NCBI RefSeq assembly: GCF_009914755.1
Contig: NC_060929.1
Reading direction: 5' to 3' (one strand)
DNA: 64,000 nucleotides
DNA from: the human T2T-CHM13v2.0 reference genome, Homo sapiens
Under the pieces are notes generated by a model that was given only the letters and a program-made list of their open reading frames with translations, made no database searches and had not been told where the DNA came from. The number at the start of each line of letters is the position of its first letter. Position 1 is the stretch's first letter. Both the position numbers and the translations under genes were made by a program. Below, in pieces: positions 29,144-41,962 of the stretch.

Positions 29144-30226
29144 GTTTTTATTTTTATACTTTTAAGCTCAGGGGTACATGTATAGGTTTGTTACATAGGT
29201 AAACATGTGTCATGGGGGTTTGCTATACACACTATTTCATTACCCAGGTATTAAGCCTAATATCCATTAGTTATTTTTCTTAAGCCTCTCCCTCCTCCCC
29301 ACCCACTATCCTCTAATAGACTCCAGTGTGTGTTGTTCCTCTCTATGTGTCCATGTGTTCTGATCATTTAACTCCAACTTGTAAGTGAGAACATGTGGTG
29401 TTTGGTTTTCTATTCCTGCCTCAGTTTGCTAAGGAAAATGGCCTCCAGCTCCATCCATGTTCCTGCAAAAGGCATGATCTCATTCTTTTTTATGGCTGCA
29501 TAGTACTCCATGGTGTATATGTACAACATTTTGTTTATCCAGTGTATCACTGATGGGCTTTTATGCTGACTCCATGTCTCTGCTATTATGAATAGTGCTG
29601 CAATCAACATATGCATGCATGTGTCTTTATAATAGAATGATTTATATTCCTTGGGGTATATACCCAGTAATGGGATTGTTGGGTCAAATGGTACTTCTGT
29701 TTTTAGGTCTTTGAGGAATCGCCACACTGCCTTCCACATGGAAAGGACACAAATGGTTGAACTGATTTACACTCCCACCAACTGTGTATAAGTGTGCCTT
29801 TTTCTCCACAACCAGGTCAGTGTCTGCTATTTTTTGCCTTTTCAATAATAGCCATTCTGACAGGTGTAAGATGGTATCACATTGTGGTTTTGATTTGCAT
29901 TTCTCTAATGATTGGTGATGTGAGCTTATTTTCATATGATTGTTGGCTGCTTGTATGTCTTCTTTTCAAAAGTGTCTGTTCATGTTCTTTGCCCACGTTT
30001 TAATGGGGTTGTTTGTCTTTGTCTTGTAAATTTGTTGAAGTTCCTTCTAGATGCTGCATGTTAGACTTTGTTAGGTGCATAGTTTGCAAAAATTTTCTCC
30101 CATTTTGTAGGTTGTCTGTTTACTCTGTTAATAGTTTCTTTCGAGGTGCAGAAGCTCTTTAGTTTAATTAGATCCAATTTGTCAGTTTTTGCTTTTGTTG
30201 CAATTGCTTTTGGCATCTTCATCATG
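29144..30226 (-). mobile_element. L1PA (older, about PA13-16) 3' end including degenerate ORF2 C-terminus
   Basis: Minus-strand ORFs give ORF2p-like peptides ([60 protein letters not shown]); L1 3' UTR and poly(T) at left end. Confidence 0.95.
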
Positions 30227-30714
30227 TCTTTATAGCATAGTTTACAGATCTCCTTGTCCCTGAGTGTCTCAGTAATTTGGACCACCGGACCAAAGAGTTC
30301 TTTCATCAGATTCCAAAATTAAGCCATCTCTTGGGAAAACCTAGCAGCTGCATTTAAGCCTCACATTTGTATGGGAAAAGTATTAGTGTTGGAGGAAATT
30401 AAGTGTACCTTCTCTTCAAACTTTCTTGGGAGGTCAGAGCAAATAGAGAGTTCATCTAAGCAGCAATCTACTTAAACTCCTATATTAAAACCATTTTGGA
30501 ATTTTTAAATGCCTTCATATGATTTCAATCTACTGTGGTATTGTATTCTACCAGAATGTTGCAGTTTCTTGCCTGAATCACCATTCTTCCAAGTTGGGGC
30601 GGGGAGCATCACTTAAAAATTGTGTCCTTTCCACATTGCCTGCACTTGTTTGAAATTTTCTTCTCTTCCTGTTTCCTTCTCCTCCTCTTTTCATTATCAC
30701 GGTGGGTAGGAGAC

Positions 30715-31150
30715 ATGGTTGTTGCTCCACCAGATTTCCTTTGCCAGTTGGTGCATCTGTACTCAGGTGTTTTGGGTTCTTTCTGGAGGCTTGCCCTTTG
30801 CTGATAGGAGCCACCTGCTGGGGTTACAGCGCCACCTTTCCCCACCCTTCTGGGTCACCAATGGCTGACTGGTTTGGGGGTACAAAAGCCTGGGCACATA
30901 TCCTCAAGGTGAAACAAGGTTGTTTCTTGGGGGGTGTGATTGTGGGAGGTGTGATTTATGCCCCAGTTTCCTGGGCATCAGCCAAGGCTATACTTTACCT
31001 GAGATCACATCTCTCCTTTCCTCTTTCCCCCTCAATGTTCAGCTTAATCTACTGCCTTCTAGGTTTTTCCTAAAGATCACTCCTTCAATACATCACATAT
31101 ATCTGGAGCCCTTTCTCAGTCTCTGCTTTTAAGGACCCCTATCTAAGACA
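30715..31150 (+). mobile_element. LTR16/LTR33-like ERVL LTR
   Basis: caatggctgactgg...aaaagcctgg; 3' end ctcagtctctgctttt...ctaagaca. Confidence 0.55.
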
Positions 31151-31419
31151 TTGTGATCACCAACAATGATATCTGAGTGATGAGTCTACAAAGTCCTATC
31201 CTATGTTTCAAGAGTCCAAAGCATGAGGAGAGTCTCTATCAGGGTAGATGGCAAGGGATGGGATGCGCTTGTGAGGTTGTGAGTCAGCAGCAGTATCTAA
31301 GGGAAAACATTTAAGGTGAGAGTTTAAGAAAGAAGGAAACATTGGTACTTGTTAGGTTACCTGACAGAATTTAATTAAGTTAGTAAAAATTGCAGAGGTA
31401 GATGAAAAATTGTTTCTTA

Positions 31420-31755
31420 GATAAGAAAAAAAAATTAACACTTGTGATTGAAGAAAATTTGGAAAATACAGAAAAGTGTAAAAATAACATCAAAACCACC
31501 TGTAATTCTGCTATCCAAATATCACCCCTGTTTTTGTATGTTTCCTTCCAATTTCGATGTATCTATCTTCCTATCACTGTATTTTATTCATATGTATTTA
31601 TTTACATTTATAAATTGAGAATTGCTACATATACAATTTAATATCCTTCATTTTCTTCCTGAACATTACATATATTTTTATGCCATGTAGTACTCTTTGA
31701 AAATCTGATTTTCAATATCTGCATAATATTAAATTCTATAGGTTTGCCATAATAT
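31420..31755 (-). mobile_element. Ancient L1 (L1ME-like) 3' fragment
   Basis: gaaaatttggaaaatacagaaaagt...aaaaccacctgtaattc pattern. Confidence 0.5.
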
Positions 31756-33796
31756 AAATATATACATATCATCAGAATTTCTTCACTTCATTACAGTCAA
31801 TCAAATCTTTATTTTAGTTGAATTGTCTTAATATGTTGACATGCCGCATCACAAACACAGCTACTGTATGCTCTTGTCTTAAGGACATTTCATCCCTACA
31901 TTAACATTACTGCACATCTGAGTGATCCAGAAATTGTGCTCAATATCAGTAGGACTTAGTAAAAGTAAGAGCATAAAAGTAAATATGGTATAAGCAAATT
32001 TAATAGAACTCAAAAATATCATGTAGCAAGAAGGAGCATGCAAATGACGGAATGACAGCGAGGGGGACTGAATGGGGAAATACGGAAGGCAAGGAGTGTA
32101 TAGAGGTGCATGTGAACAGCCATGCAGTGCTGTGCAAGCCACGGGAAAAGGGCATGAACCATCTTCAGATTTTTCCTGTGTCTCCCCAAAGGTTTCTTAT
32201 GGAATGGGTCTGGTATGTTCCTCATTTTGTAATGCACCAAGTGATGTGCTAAGTAAGAATGTGATGCTGTAATGGTTAATTCACTCATCTAATATGTATG
32301 ATACTATAAATAACTCCCAAATTCTTTGTTTGAGTTACAATGGTGACTAAAGTATACATGTATTTTTGCTAATATATAATATGAATCTGTGTGCATGTGA
32401 TTTCAATAAAAAAATTTTCAATTTTTAATGAATTATAGCTTTGTTAACAGCGTGAAGACTAGAAGAAAAAGAATGGAAGAAAGAAGTGAAAGAGAAACAA
32501 ATAGGGAAGGGGATCCCTCGGATGACTGGGAAGGAAAGGAAAACCAGAAAAAGCAGTCAGGATGAATGCCTGACAAAAAACTCTGCTGCAGTGACACTTT
32601 GACATGAAGCAGATTCAAACTTTCTATGACTGAACAGGACATTTTCCATTTATTGCTCCTTTGATACCCAAGCTCCTCAATGGGGGTATTCTTCAATGAG
32701 ACACTTTTACCAGTGACCATATTCTTGCTTGTTGGTTTCTTTTTTTTTTAAAGTATGTTGCTGCTGTACTTTTAAGAAAGTTGTGTTTTATCTTAGTACT
32801 TTGATATTCATAAATGGTATAAAGCATAATTTTACCACATAGCTTTAATGGAATACTTTTTACAAACAAAATAAAACTTGACCTTCTTCCACCCTATCTC
32901 CACATCGGAACTAATTTTACTACATTTTATTTTTCAAAAACTATTAATTCAGTCAATGAATATTGACTTTGGACTACATTGGGTCATTTTCAATGGATTG
33001 CTCTGGTACAGCTTTACTTTGTCATGTCCTTTGTTCTTGCTCTTTCTTGTCTACCTACCAGTTAAAATATGAAACTCATGAAGCATTTAGCTCCCTGGAT
33101 AGTGATTCCTGTATCAGGGTGAATCATGCAAACTTTCATATTGTCTAAACTATAATTCAGAAATATAATGTGGCTTAAATGGGAACTTGGGGCTAATGTT
33201 TAACAAGTGTGCACCATACTTTATCAGTTCTCTAAGATTTATTTTCTACAAACAAAATTTTTTATGTAACGGGCTACCTTTAAGTGGTAATCCTAAAGGC
33301 CCTTTCTGACTTGTTCATTAACTTTTTCAAGTCTTCAGGCCACTGAGTTATCTGGTGCACAGAGTAATACCAAATCATGTCTGAGAAAGGTTCCATGATT
33401 CCCAAAGTGCCTGATTTTCCACGTCTTCCTGTAAGAAGTAGTAATAGATATGCTAAATGACTGGGGAAATAAGAATTAAGCCTACGGCTACTTTAAACTT
33501 TCCTATGGAAAGATTTTAATGAGTTTCCAAGTAGACTGTTCAGCTGAGACAATTTTATATAATGTGGTATATATGATTTAAAAATCTACATCCAAAAAAC
33601 ACATAAAAGACATACCCTACTTTAGCTATGTGTCACTATACTCAGCTATGTATGCATAATATAATATACATATATACATACACACATGTAGTTTAGACAC
33701 ACCCTACTTTAGTTATGTGATAGTATATATGTTTATGACTTAGAAACCCTACTTTAGCTAGGTGTTAGTTTTTTTCTCTGACTCTAAAATTATGTG

Positions 33797-34108
33797 TTTT
33801 GTTTGTTTGTTTGTTTTTGGAGACAGAGTCTCACTCTGTCCTCTGTCGCCCAGGCTGGAGTGAAGTGGTGTGATCTCAGCTCACTGCAACCTCTGCTCCC
33901 GGGGTTCAAGCAATTCTTCTGCCTCCGACTTCTGAGTAGCTGGGATTATAGGGGTGTACCACAATGTCTGGCTAATTTTAGTATTTTTAGTAGAGATGGG
34001 GTTTCACCATGTTGGCCAGGTTGGTCTCGTACTCCTGACCTCAAGTGATCCACCTGCCTCGGCCTCCCAAATTGCTAGGATTACAGGCGTGAGCCACTGC
34101 GCCCAGCC
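33797..34108 (-). mobile_element. AluS, (TTTG)n tail
   Basis: Reverse Alu dimer. Confidence 0.96.
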
Positions 34109-34618
34109 AATTCTGTTTTGACTATGAAGTAATACGACTTAAAATATGAATTACGGAAGCCATGCTTCTGAGTCATGCAGTGACCTTCCTCCACCCATCC
34201 CCACGCCAGTGCCTCCCACTGTTATTTTTGTGCATTTGGCATAACCAGTTTTCTTTAATGAAAGAGATTTCCTTTCCAAGATAGGAGTGCAAGCTCCAGA
34301 CTAAAATTATGAAAATGCAAATGAGTAGTGCTTCCTTTATCCAAGTTGCTTTCTTCAGGTATATGTTGTATGTGTGCTGTTGTTTGCTGGTAGCTAAAAG
34401 TCCATTCTTTCAGCAGGATTGTCTTCTGTCTCTAAGGGAACAAGAATGACCATTAAGTAAAAAACATGTATGAAATTATGCGGGTGAGAATCTTTACCCC
34501 ACTTTTTGTTCTTTTTGATGGTAGAAAAACCTTTGTCTTGCAAAGGCAAAACTAGTAAAAACTTTCTGCCTTCGGCTTAAACATTAAATGAAAATATATC
34601 TATTTAAACAATGTTTTA

Positions 34619-34883
34619 GGCTGGGTGCGGTGGCTCACGCCTGTAATCCCAACACTTTGGGAGGCCAAGGCAGGCGGATCACAAAGTGAGGAGTTCAAGA
34701 CCAGCCTGGCTTATATGGTGAAACCCCGCATCTCCTAAAAATACAAAAATTAGCTGAGCATAGTAGTCGGCGCCTGTAATCCTAGCTACTCAGGAGGCTG
34801 AGGCAGGAAAATTGAGCCGAGATCATGCCACTGCACTCCAACCTGAGTGACAGAGTGAGGCTCCATCTCAAAAAAAAAAAAAA
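34619..34883 (+). mobile_element. AluS with a deletion of about 30 bp in the right arm
   Basis: aggcaggaaaattgagccgaga lacks the cttgaacccgggaggcggaggttgcag segment. Confidence 0.94.
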
Positions 34884-36267
34884 TTGTTTTGCCCTGAATG
34901 GGTAGACCGGTGGGTTTGAGTTCAGCTTTGGGAAAAGGTAGGATGGTTTTCCTCTAAGCATGAAGTAGGCAGAATGTGCCTGTTTTGTCCTTTCATGAGA
35001 GCAATTTGATCTAGAGGAAGTACGAGGCTTTAAACTCCGGGTCTACAGAATTAAAGGAGGGTAAAAGAAGGACAGCAGGACCTGACACTGGGCTTCTTAT
35101 TGTTCCTGTCACAATTTAAATCATTTGTTCACAGTTGGTCACAAGACCTCAGTCTATTCCGTGCTGCAAGTGTATTCTTTCAAAAAACAGGAAGCAACAC
35201 TTAAGTAATTGCAGATTTACAGTGACTACCAGGCTGATCCCAGCTCTTTGTCATGGCTTTCCTGTTTGGGTCTGAAGGAAGTGGCGGAGAAAGGAGAGAG
35301 AGGGTGGGGGAAGAAACTGTTAGAAGGACGGGTTAGCCTGAGCCTGGCTTTGCCTTAGTGAAAGAGTGATGAAAACACTTTAAACAGTTGCCGACAGGCC
35401 GGTAGAAAATATTTGACATCTCACCTACATCAACAAGCAAGAGTTAAAGGTTAAATCACACACAACTCAAGTGCTGGGAAAAAAGGATAGGTTTAGGTCA
35501 TCAACTTTCTTTGTTCTAGGACCGCCCTATGTCAACAAGGAGACATATTCCCACTCCCTGGTTGGAGACACCAGGACAATAGAGACTGATCCACATTTGC
35601 TCTGGGTGGTAAATCCCCTTTTAAGCATTTGTAGCTTGCCTCTAGTCTAGCCTTCTTCATCGTTTTTTACCTGCTTCCAAATACCTATGTATTTAGGGCA
35701 ATGTGGTTGGTGGCCTTTCTTCTTTCTTCAACCAGTTTCTTGAGATCCCAAGCATGAAGCTTAGTGTAGGAGGAGAACTAGGAAGTGAAAAGTGTTTGCA
35801 TCCATTTCCTGTGTTGGTTCCAAATTCAGTGAGCATCCAACCTAAATCCTTTGGATGGTGGTAGGGCCAGGGAAAGGTGCTTTACATTGCTGGTTCTCAC
35901 ACACTCTAGGTTTAATGATAGAAGGACCTTTCTGGAGAGGCATTTAGTGCTTTTCACAAGGACTATAACAAAAGGTGGGGCAGATTTCTTCACTGGTTCA
36001 AGGAAGATTTGAATTGAAATTTGGGAAGAAAGGAAAATATGCCCAGGGGAGCAATGCAACACTGTTGTGGTGGATGCCAACAGGTGTGTTATAGAATGAA
36101 AAAGAAACAGCATAGAAAAGTACATTTTATCATTTGGTGGGCCAAGGTCCATTTTGAGAATCTGGTGAGAGCCATGATTATCTGCCTACACCAAAGTTTG
36201 TATCCATGCTTAGGAGGATCAGAAATTTTGATGATTTTTTTTTTTTTTTAAGAATTCCTAGAAGTTC

Positions 36268-36657
<390 letters not shown>

Positions 36658-38449
36658 ATTCCTAGAGGTTCATGGAGCCCTTTGAAGTGCCCCTAATGTA
36701 GAAGGTCCCTGTGGTATAGGGGTACAGCAAGCTGCCCATGCCTCCCCACAGTATTTTGAGAGTTAAACTAGATCTATATGCAATAGATAAGAATAGGTAT
36801 AGCCAAAGCCCTTTACAACTAAATGGTTTCTACACACAAGATTCAGGACCCTCTTCCCTCGATAATGCTAAATGATCAAGACCAGCTCTTCCCACCTTCA
36901 CATTTTTTGTGTTTTCTGTAATTTTAAAAAATATTCACCTGCTGGTAGACTCTTCATATGTTAATCCTATCATACGAACCACAACACAGTTTGTTTACTG
37001 TTCTTATTCCTGGCCTAGAAAACATTTGCCCAGTTCTATGGACTTGTCTACTTTCTGGTCCCTCTATTAGGAATATGTTTAATTTGAAAATGAATATATT
37101 AAGGTATCATCATCTGATGCTGTGAAATATTTGCATCATTTAAAGAGAGAGCATTCCTTTTCTTGATTTGGGGCTCACCAACAATTTGATCAATTTTCAT
37201 GCAACTTTATAGTTAAGGCATGATATCTCAAAATAAAATATTGACTCAAAAATGCCCCAAAACCCACAGCTTTTAGGTCTTGTTGTTCAATGTTTTTAAA
37301 GAGAAGCACACATTTTTATTAAACTGTATTTGAAAATGCCTTCCAATATCATTTTCTTCCTTTGAAACATCATTTTCTAAAAAAATATTTATTTAAAAGC
37401 ATTATTCTGAGAAGTATTCTACAGACAGAACTATTCTTCAGACAGTGAAAAGGGTCCATGTACAAGAAGTTTAAGAACTCCTAGCAAAGAGATAATGGAA
37501 ATAATTGGTGCACTGGTACACTGAATGGCGTTCAAAGTTGGTGAATTTGCTGGAAATGCCATAAAGGTACCACTGGCCTTGCATGAATGGGAAGCAGTCT
37601 AACAACATTCAACAGAGGATTCTATAAACAAGTCACACTGGAAGGCCAACTGATTGGGCTGCCTTTCTAAGATTAAATCATTCTTACCAGGCACTTCTCA
37701 GTACATAAAGCAAACACTGAAATTTCACCAAATTCATGAGGTTGTGTTTTTGTTTTATTTTGTACAAAACTGGCTGGTAGCAACTAAATGTTGTAAAGAG
37801 TGTCAGAATTTAAATGAAGACTTTCCTTCATCATGGCATACCCATGTGGCACAGTGTGGTTGTTAGGGAAAAGAATCTATAGCTCCTATCTATATCTGAC
37901 CATCAGAGGCTATAGATCCTATCAAAAGAACTTGACAGTTTTGAGTAGCCAAATTGTCTTTTGTCAGTTTTCCCCAATTGTTTTTTATTAGTCTTAACAT
38001 CAAGCTTTGCAGTGTTTTCCATGAGCAACTGTTTTGTTTCTACTTTCAGACACTGTGAGTCTTGTAACTGACTGTTTGCTTTTTTCTTTGTATTGGCTGT
38101 TTGATTAAGGGTTAAATCTGTTGACCTACCATAGCAATTGTATGCAATTTCACAGAATAGCCTTTGTATTTATATTTCATTCCTTTTCAGTTTCCTTATC
38201 AATCTTCATAGTGGCATCTATGATTGAATAGAATAACACATTCAAAACATTTGAAATAACATCATAGACACAGTAAGAGCAAAACTATGTGTTAGATATT
38301 ATTCCTGGCTCCATCTTATTTTTCCAAATTACTTTTTCTTTGGCTTATGTCCTGATTACTTTTGTTGCATTGTTGTTGAAATTTTGCTATTATTACCATG
38401 TAGAATGATTTTTTTTGTAAATTTTCTTTGTTCTATTTGGAGACCTGAT

Positions 38450-40400
38450 AGCAGTGTGAGGTATGGGTTTGGACAGAATGGGATTTGAAATAGAATGTAA
38501 GAATAATTAGTTTGACAGACGATATCAACTAAAATAGTGGCAGTAGGGATGCAGAGAAAGAGAGGTATTTATGAAATCAAATTGAGAGGACCTTTATGTG
38601 AAAGCACATTTTATGTGAAAGCTAAATATAGTAATAGGAAATCTGAGTTGATCCTCAACTTGCTAGGTGGGCAAGTGATGATGCCATTAATCAAGATCAG
38701 GAATACAGAGGTGTCATGGGGGTGATCAGGGGTGGTGATAAATAGGGATAAATATGTTATGACCATGTTGAGATTGAGATTTTTTTTGCAGGATGATTTA
38801 GTAAAATCCAGTAAAACACACAAAATAAGCCATCTAGAGCTCAGGAAAGATTATGAAGCTGGATACACTGGTTTAAAATTTAGCAAAGTATACATATTTA
38901 GCTGAAGCAATGATTATGGGTAAAATTGCTCAGTAATAAGAGAAGGCCAAGGGACTTTTGGGAAATGGACTTGGAAGACAAAGGCTGTGACTTGTTTGTC
39001 TTTGTATTTCCAGCACCTAGCCCAGTGCCTGGCACATAAGAGTTTTTCAATAAATGTTTATTTCATGACTTACCAAATGAATGAGTGACTGAGTAAGGAG
39101 ACCCAGTCTCCTCAGAGGAGACTGGGAAGGTGCAGTTGGAAGGATGACAGAAAACAGTAGAGAATGATGTCTTAGAAGATAAGGTAGCAGAAGTTTAAGA
39201 ATGAGATTACAAAAAAAAAAAAGAATGAGAGCACAGTGAAAATTTCTGAGTGTTGGATGACAGAAAACTGAAACAGAGTTAGTGCACTGGATGATAGAAC
39301 CAGGACTCAAAAAAATCTCAGGAGTATGGAAATTAGAGTTCGATCTCATTGCTATTTACTAGGGATAAATGTAAAAACCTAATGACAATTGAGAATATCA
39401 AATCCATGAGCACTAGAAGCAGATGACCTGGCTTAATCACGTTCCTAGGGTTTAATGGTATGCTGAAGGTTCAAAATAAATTAATATTGGAGCCTAAATG
39501 CCAAGGTATGTAATTAGGCAATGTTTATAAAAATATCCAGTGTGGAAATTGGGGATAAGAATACCTTAGTATAGTTTGCAGATACAGGTTGGAACAATGC
39601 CTTTCAAGAGGAAAAATACTATAGTAGGGGCAGAGAATGAAAAGAAGAATGAGGAAGTGCTTATTGGGTTCATGCTATAAGATAGACTTATGTATGCCCC
39701 AGGGATCTGGGGACAAAGGTCTCTGTTCTCATGATCTCTACAATCTGTGGAGGAAGAACACATGAAGCAAACCCATATATAAATATACAGAAAATTAGAG
39801 ATGAGATGGCCATTTATGGTGAAGGCCAGAGTCACTGGAGCAAGGCAAACAGGGGAGACAGGGGCATGAGGTGGGCCATGGTCAGTTCAGGCAAGTCTTG
39901 GGGGCCTTTGAAAGAACTGGATTTATTCTAAGCACAATGGGAAGCCACTGGACAACTTTAACAAGGGTAGTAATATAATGAAATAAAATACATTAAAGAA
40001 AAATGAATTATCTGGATTCTATGTGGAGAATGCATTAAAGAAGGAAAAATTGGATGTCTAGATGAGAGTTGATGGTGTTTTGGACAACGATGGAGGCAGT
40101 GAAGATGGCAAGGCATGGCTATATTCAAAGCATATTTCAGGGTAGATTTAATAGTACTTGATGACTTGATTTGAATTACATTGATTTGATACCAGGAGTT
40201 AGAATGAGGAGTACAACGCTCAGAATTCTAGCTTCTGGAAGTAGATGAAATGTGGCACTATTTTCTGAGCAGAATCCTTGGAGGAGCGTGATGTTTGTGA
40301 AGGTGGGAAATTGATTGTGAATACTATTTCCTTTTGGATATACAAAGTTTGGGATGTCTGTAAACATCCAAGATACATCAGATAGAATTCAATAAAGACC
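38450..40400. mobile_element. Cluster of degenerate L2 fragments
   Basis: L2 3'-end motif cccagcacctagcccagtgcctggcacataag...aataaatgttt at about 39010, and purine-rich antisense L2 motifs (aatgggaagccactgg, gggatgtctgtaaacatccaag). Confidence 0.6.
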
Positions 40401-41044
40401 AGAGCCAATAACATGTCCCTTAGGGATACACCAATTATATTGCTTGATGTTCAATGGGGCCACTTGACACTGATCTATTTCCCTTCAGCTTCCCCCTTCA
40501 ACAGAAATGGAGGGAAATTTGAAGCCCAAATATTATGCTCTTTTTTTGTCAACAGAAAACTGAGTGGTGCTGACTTATCAAGGCTTTTTTTTTTTTCCAA
40601 GAAAGAATTCTGACAGAAGCCTTGTACTTGTGTAGATTCAAATCTGAGCTTTAAAAATGCTGGTTTTCAGATTACCTGTGGTCTTATACTTGTGATATTT
40701 ATATTCCTCATGTTTCTTAGTACTGTGGGTAATCTTAGAGGCTTCTTTCTATAGTTAAGATGTTTTCTAAAGATCTGATTGTTTCCTGGCAATCAGGAAA
40801 CATTCCTGCAGCAATATAGCTGCAGATAATTCTCCCAAATAATTATATTACATGTGAGTCTCATACCAGAAATTGCCTAAAAGTCTTTAAAGGCCAGTGT
40901 TTTCTGATAAGATTGGTGATGGATCTGAGAGAGAAGATCATTAAGTTAGGGAAGATAAGATAAACATTCCTCAGACTTCAGGTCTACTTTAATGACTAAG
41001 ATTAAGTGCTGAAAGGCCTTTCAAATAAACACTTAAATAAGAAG

Positions 41045-41193
41045 GAGAAACTCAAAGAAATAATAAATGTTTGAGGTGAGAAGTATGCTAATTATTCTAA
41101 CTTGATCATTACACACTGTATACATGCATCAAAATATCACTCTGTATACCGTAAACATGTACAATCATTATGTGTCTATTAAAATTAAATAAA
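41045..41193 (+). mobile_element. L1MA/MB 3' terminus
   Basis: taaatgtttgaggtga...ttgatcattacacactgtatacatg...aaatatcactctgtatacc...attaaaattaaataaaa. Confidence 0.75.
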
Positions 41194-41667
41194 AGGATTA
41201 GCCATATCATTGAATGATACTGTGTCTCATCATTCTCCTCCCAGCTCAATAACAAACCAATTTTCTTTATATAGTCTCTTAAGCCTCTGCTTCTCCACTT
41301 AACCCAACAACGAAGTCTACCACCTTATTTCAGCCCATCATCTGATATGTGGGTTATTGAAATGAAGTCCTATTTTAATCTCCCCTCCCTGCTGCCATTC
41401 TGCTCTCTGCCACCAAAGTAAATTTTCTGACATGCTTCTCTCACAATGCCTCTTTTGTGCCCCAATTCTCCACTAAGTCCACATGTTACAATAGTTAAAA
41501 AAAAAAAATCCTCTTTCTCTTAGTCAGGTAGTTAAGAACTTCTGCAGGACCCAATCCATCCTATCACATGGATTTTCCCCCATTCATTGTCCTGTAAACA
41601 CACTCTGCACTTGCTTACATTGTTCTCCACTCCTGGAATGCAGGTCTCCTCCTTGAGTTAACCCTTC

Positions 41668-41962
41668 TTTTTTTTTTTTTGAGATGGAGTCTTGCTCTGT
41701 CACCCAGTCTGGAGTGCAGTGGTGCAATCTTGGCTCACTGCAACCTCTGCCTCTTAGGTTCAAGCCATTCTCCTGCCTCAGGCTCCTGAGAGTAGCTGGG
41801 ACTAAAGGCGCCCACCACCATGCCTGGCTAATTTTTGTAATCTTAGTAGAGATGGGGCTTTACCATATTGGCCAGACTGGTCTCGAACTCTTGACTTTGT
41901 GATCTGCCCGCCTCGGCCTCCCAAAGTGCTGGGATTACAGGTGTGAACCACCGTGCCCAGCC
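41668..41962 (-). mobile_element. AluS (Sc-like)
   Basis: Reverse Alu dimer; TSD gagtta(a/g)cccttcttt. Confidence 0.96.

Noticed and set aside
29410-30306. Minus-strand ORFs resembling a protein C-terminus
   Set aside because: Frameshifted L1 ORF2 remnants
31780-32420. Possible 3' UTR ending in AATAAA at about 32405
   Set aside because: AATAAA is common in AT-rich DNA and no upstream coding exon was found; it may be an unassigned ancient repeat
33614-33765. Repeat-spacer-repeat pattern resembling a CRISPR array
   Set aside because: Primate DNA, only three 19-bp units, irregular low-complexity spacers, no cas genes
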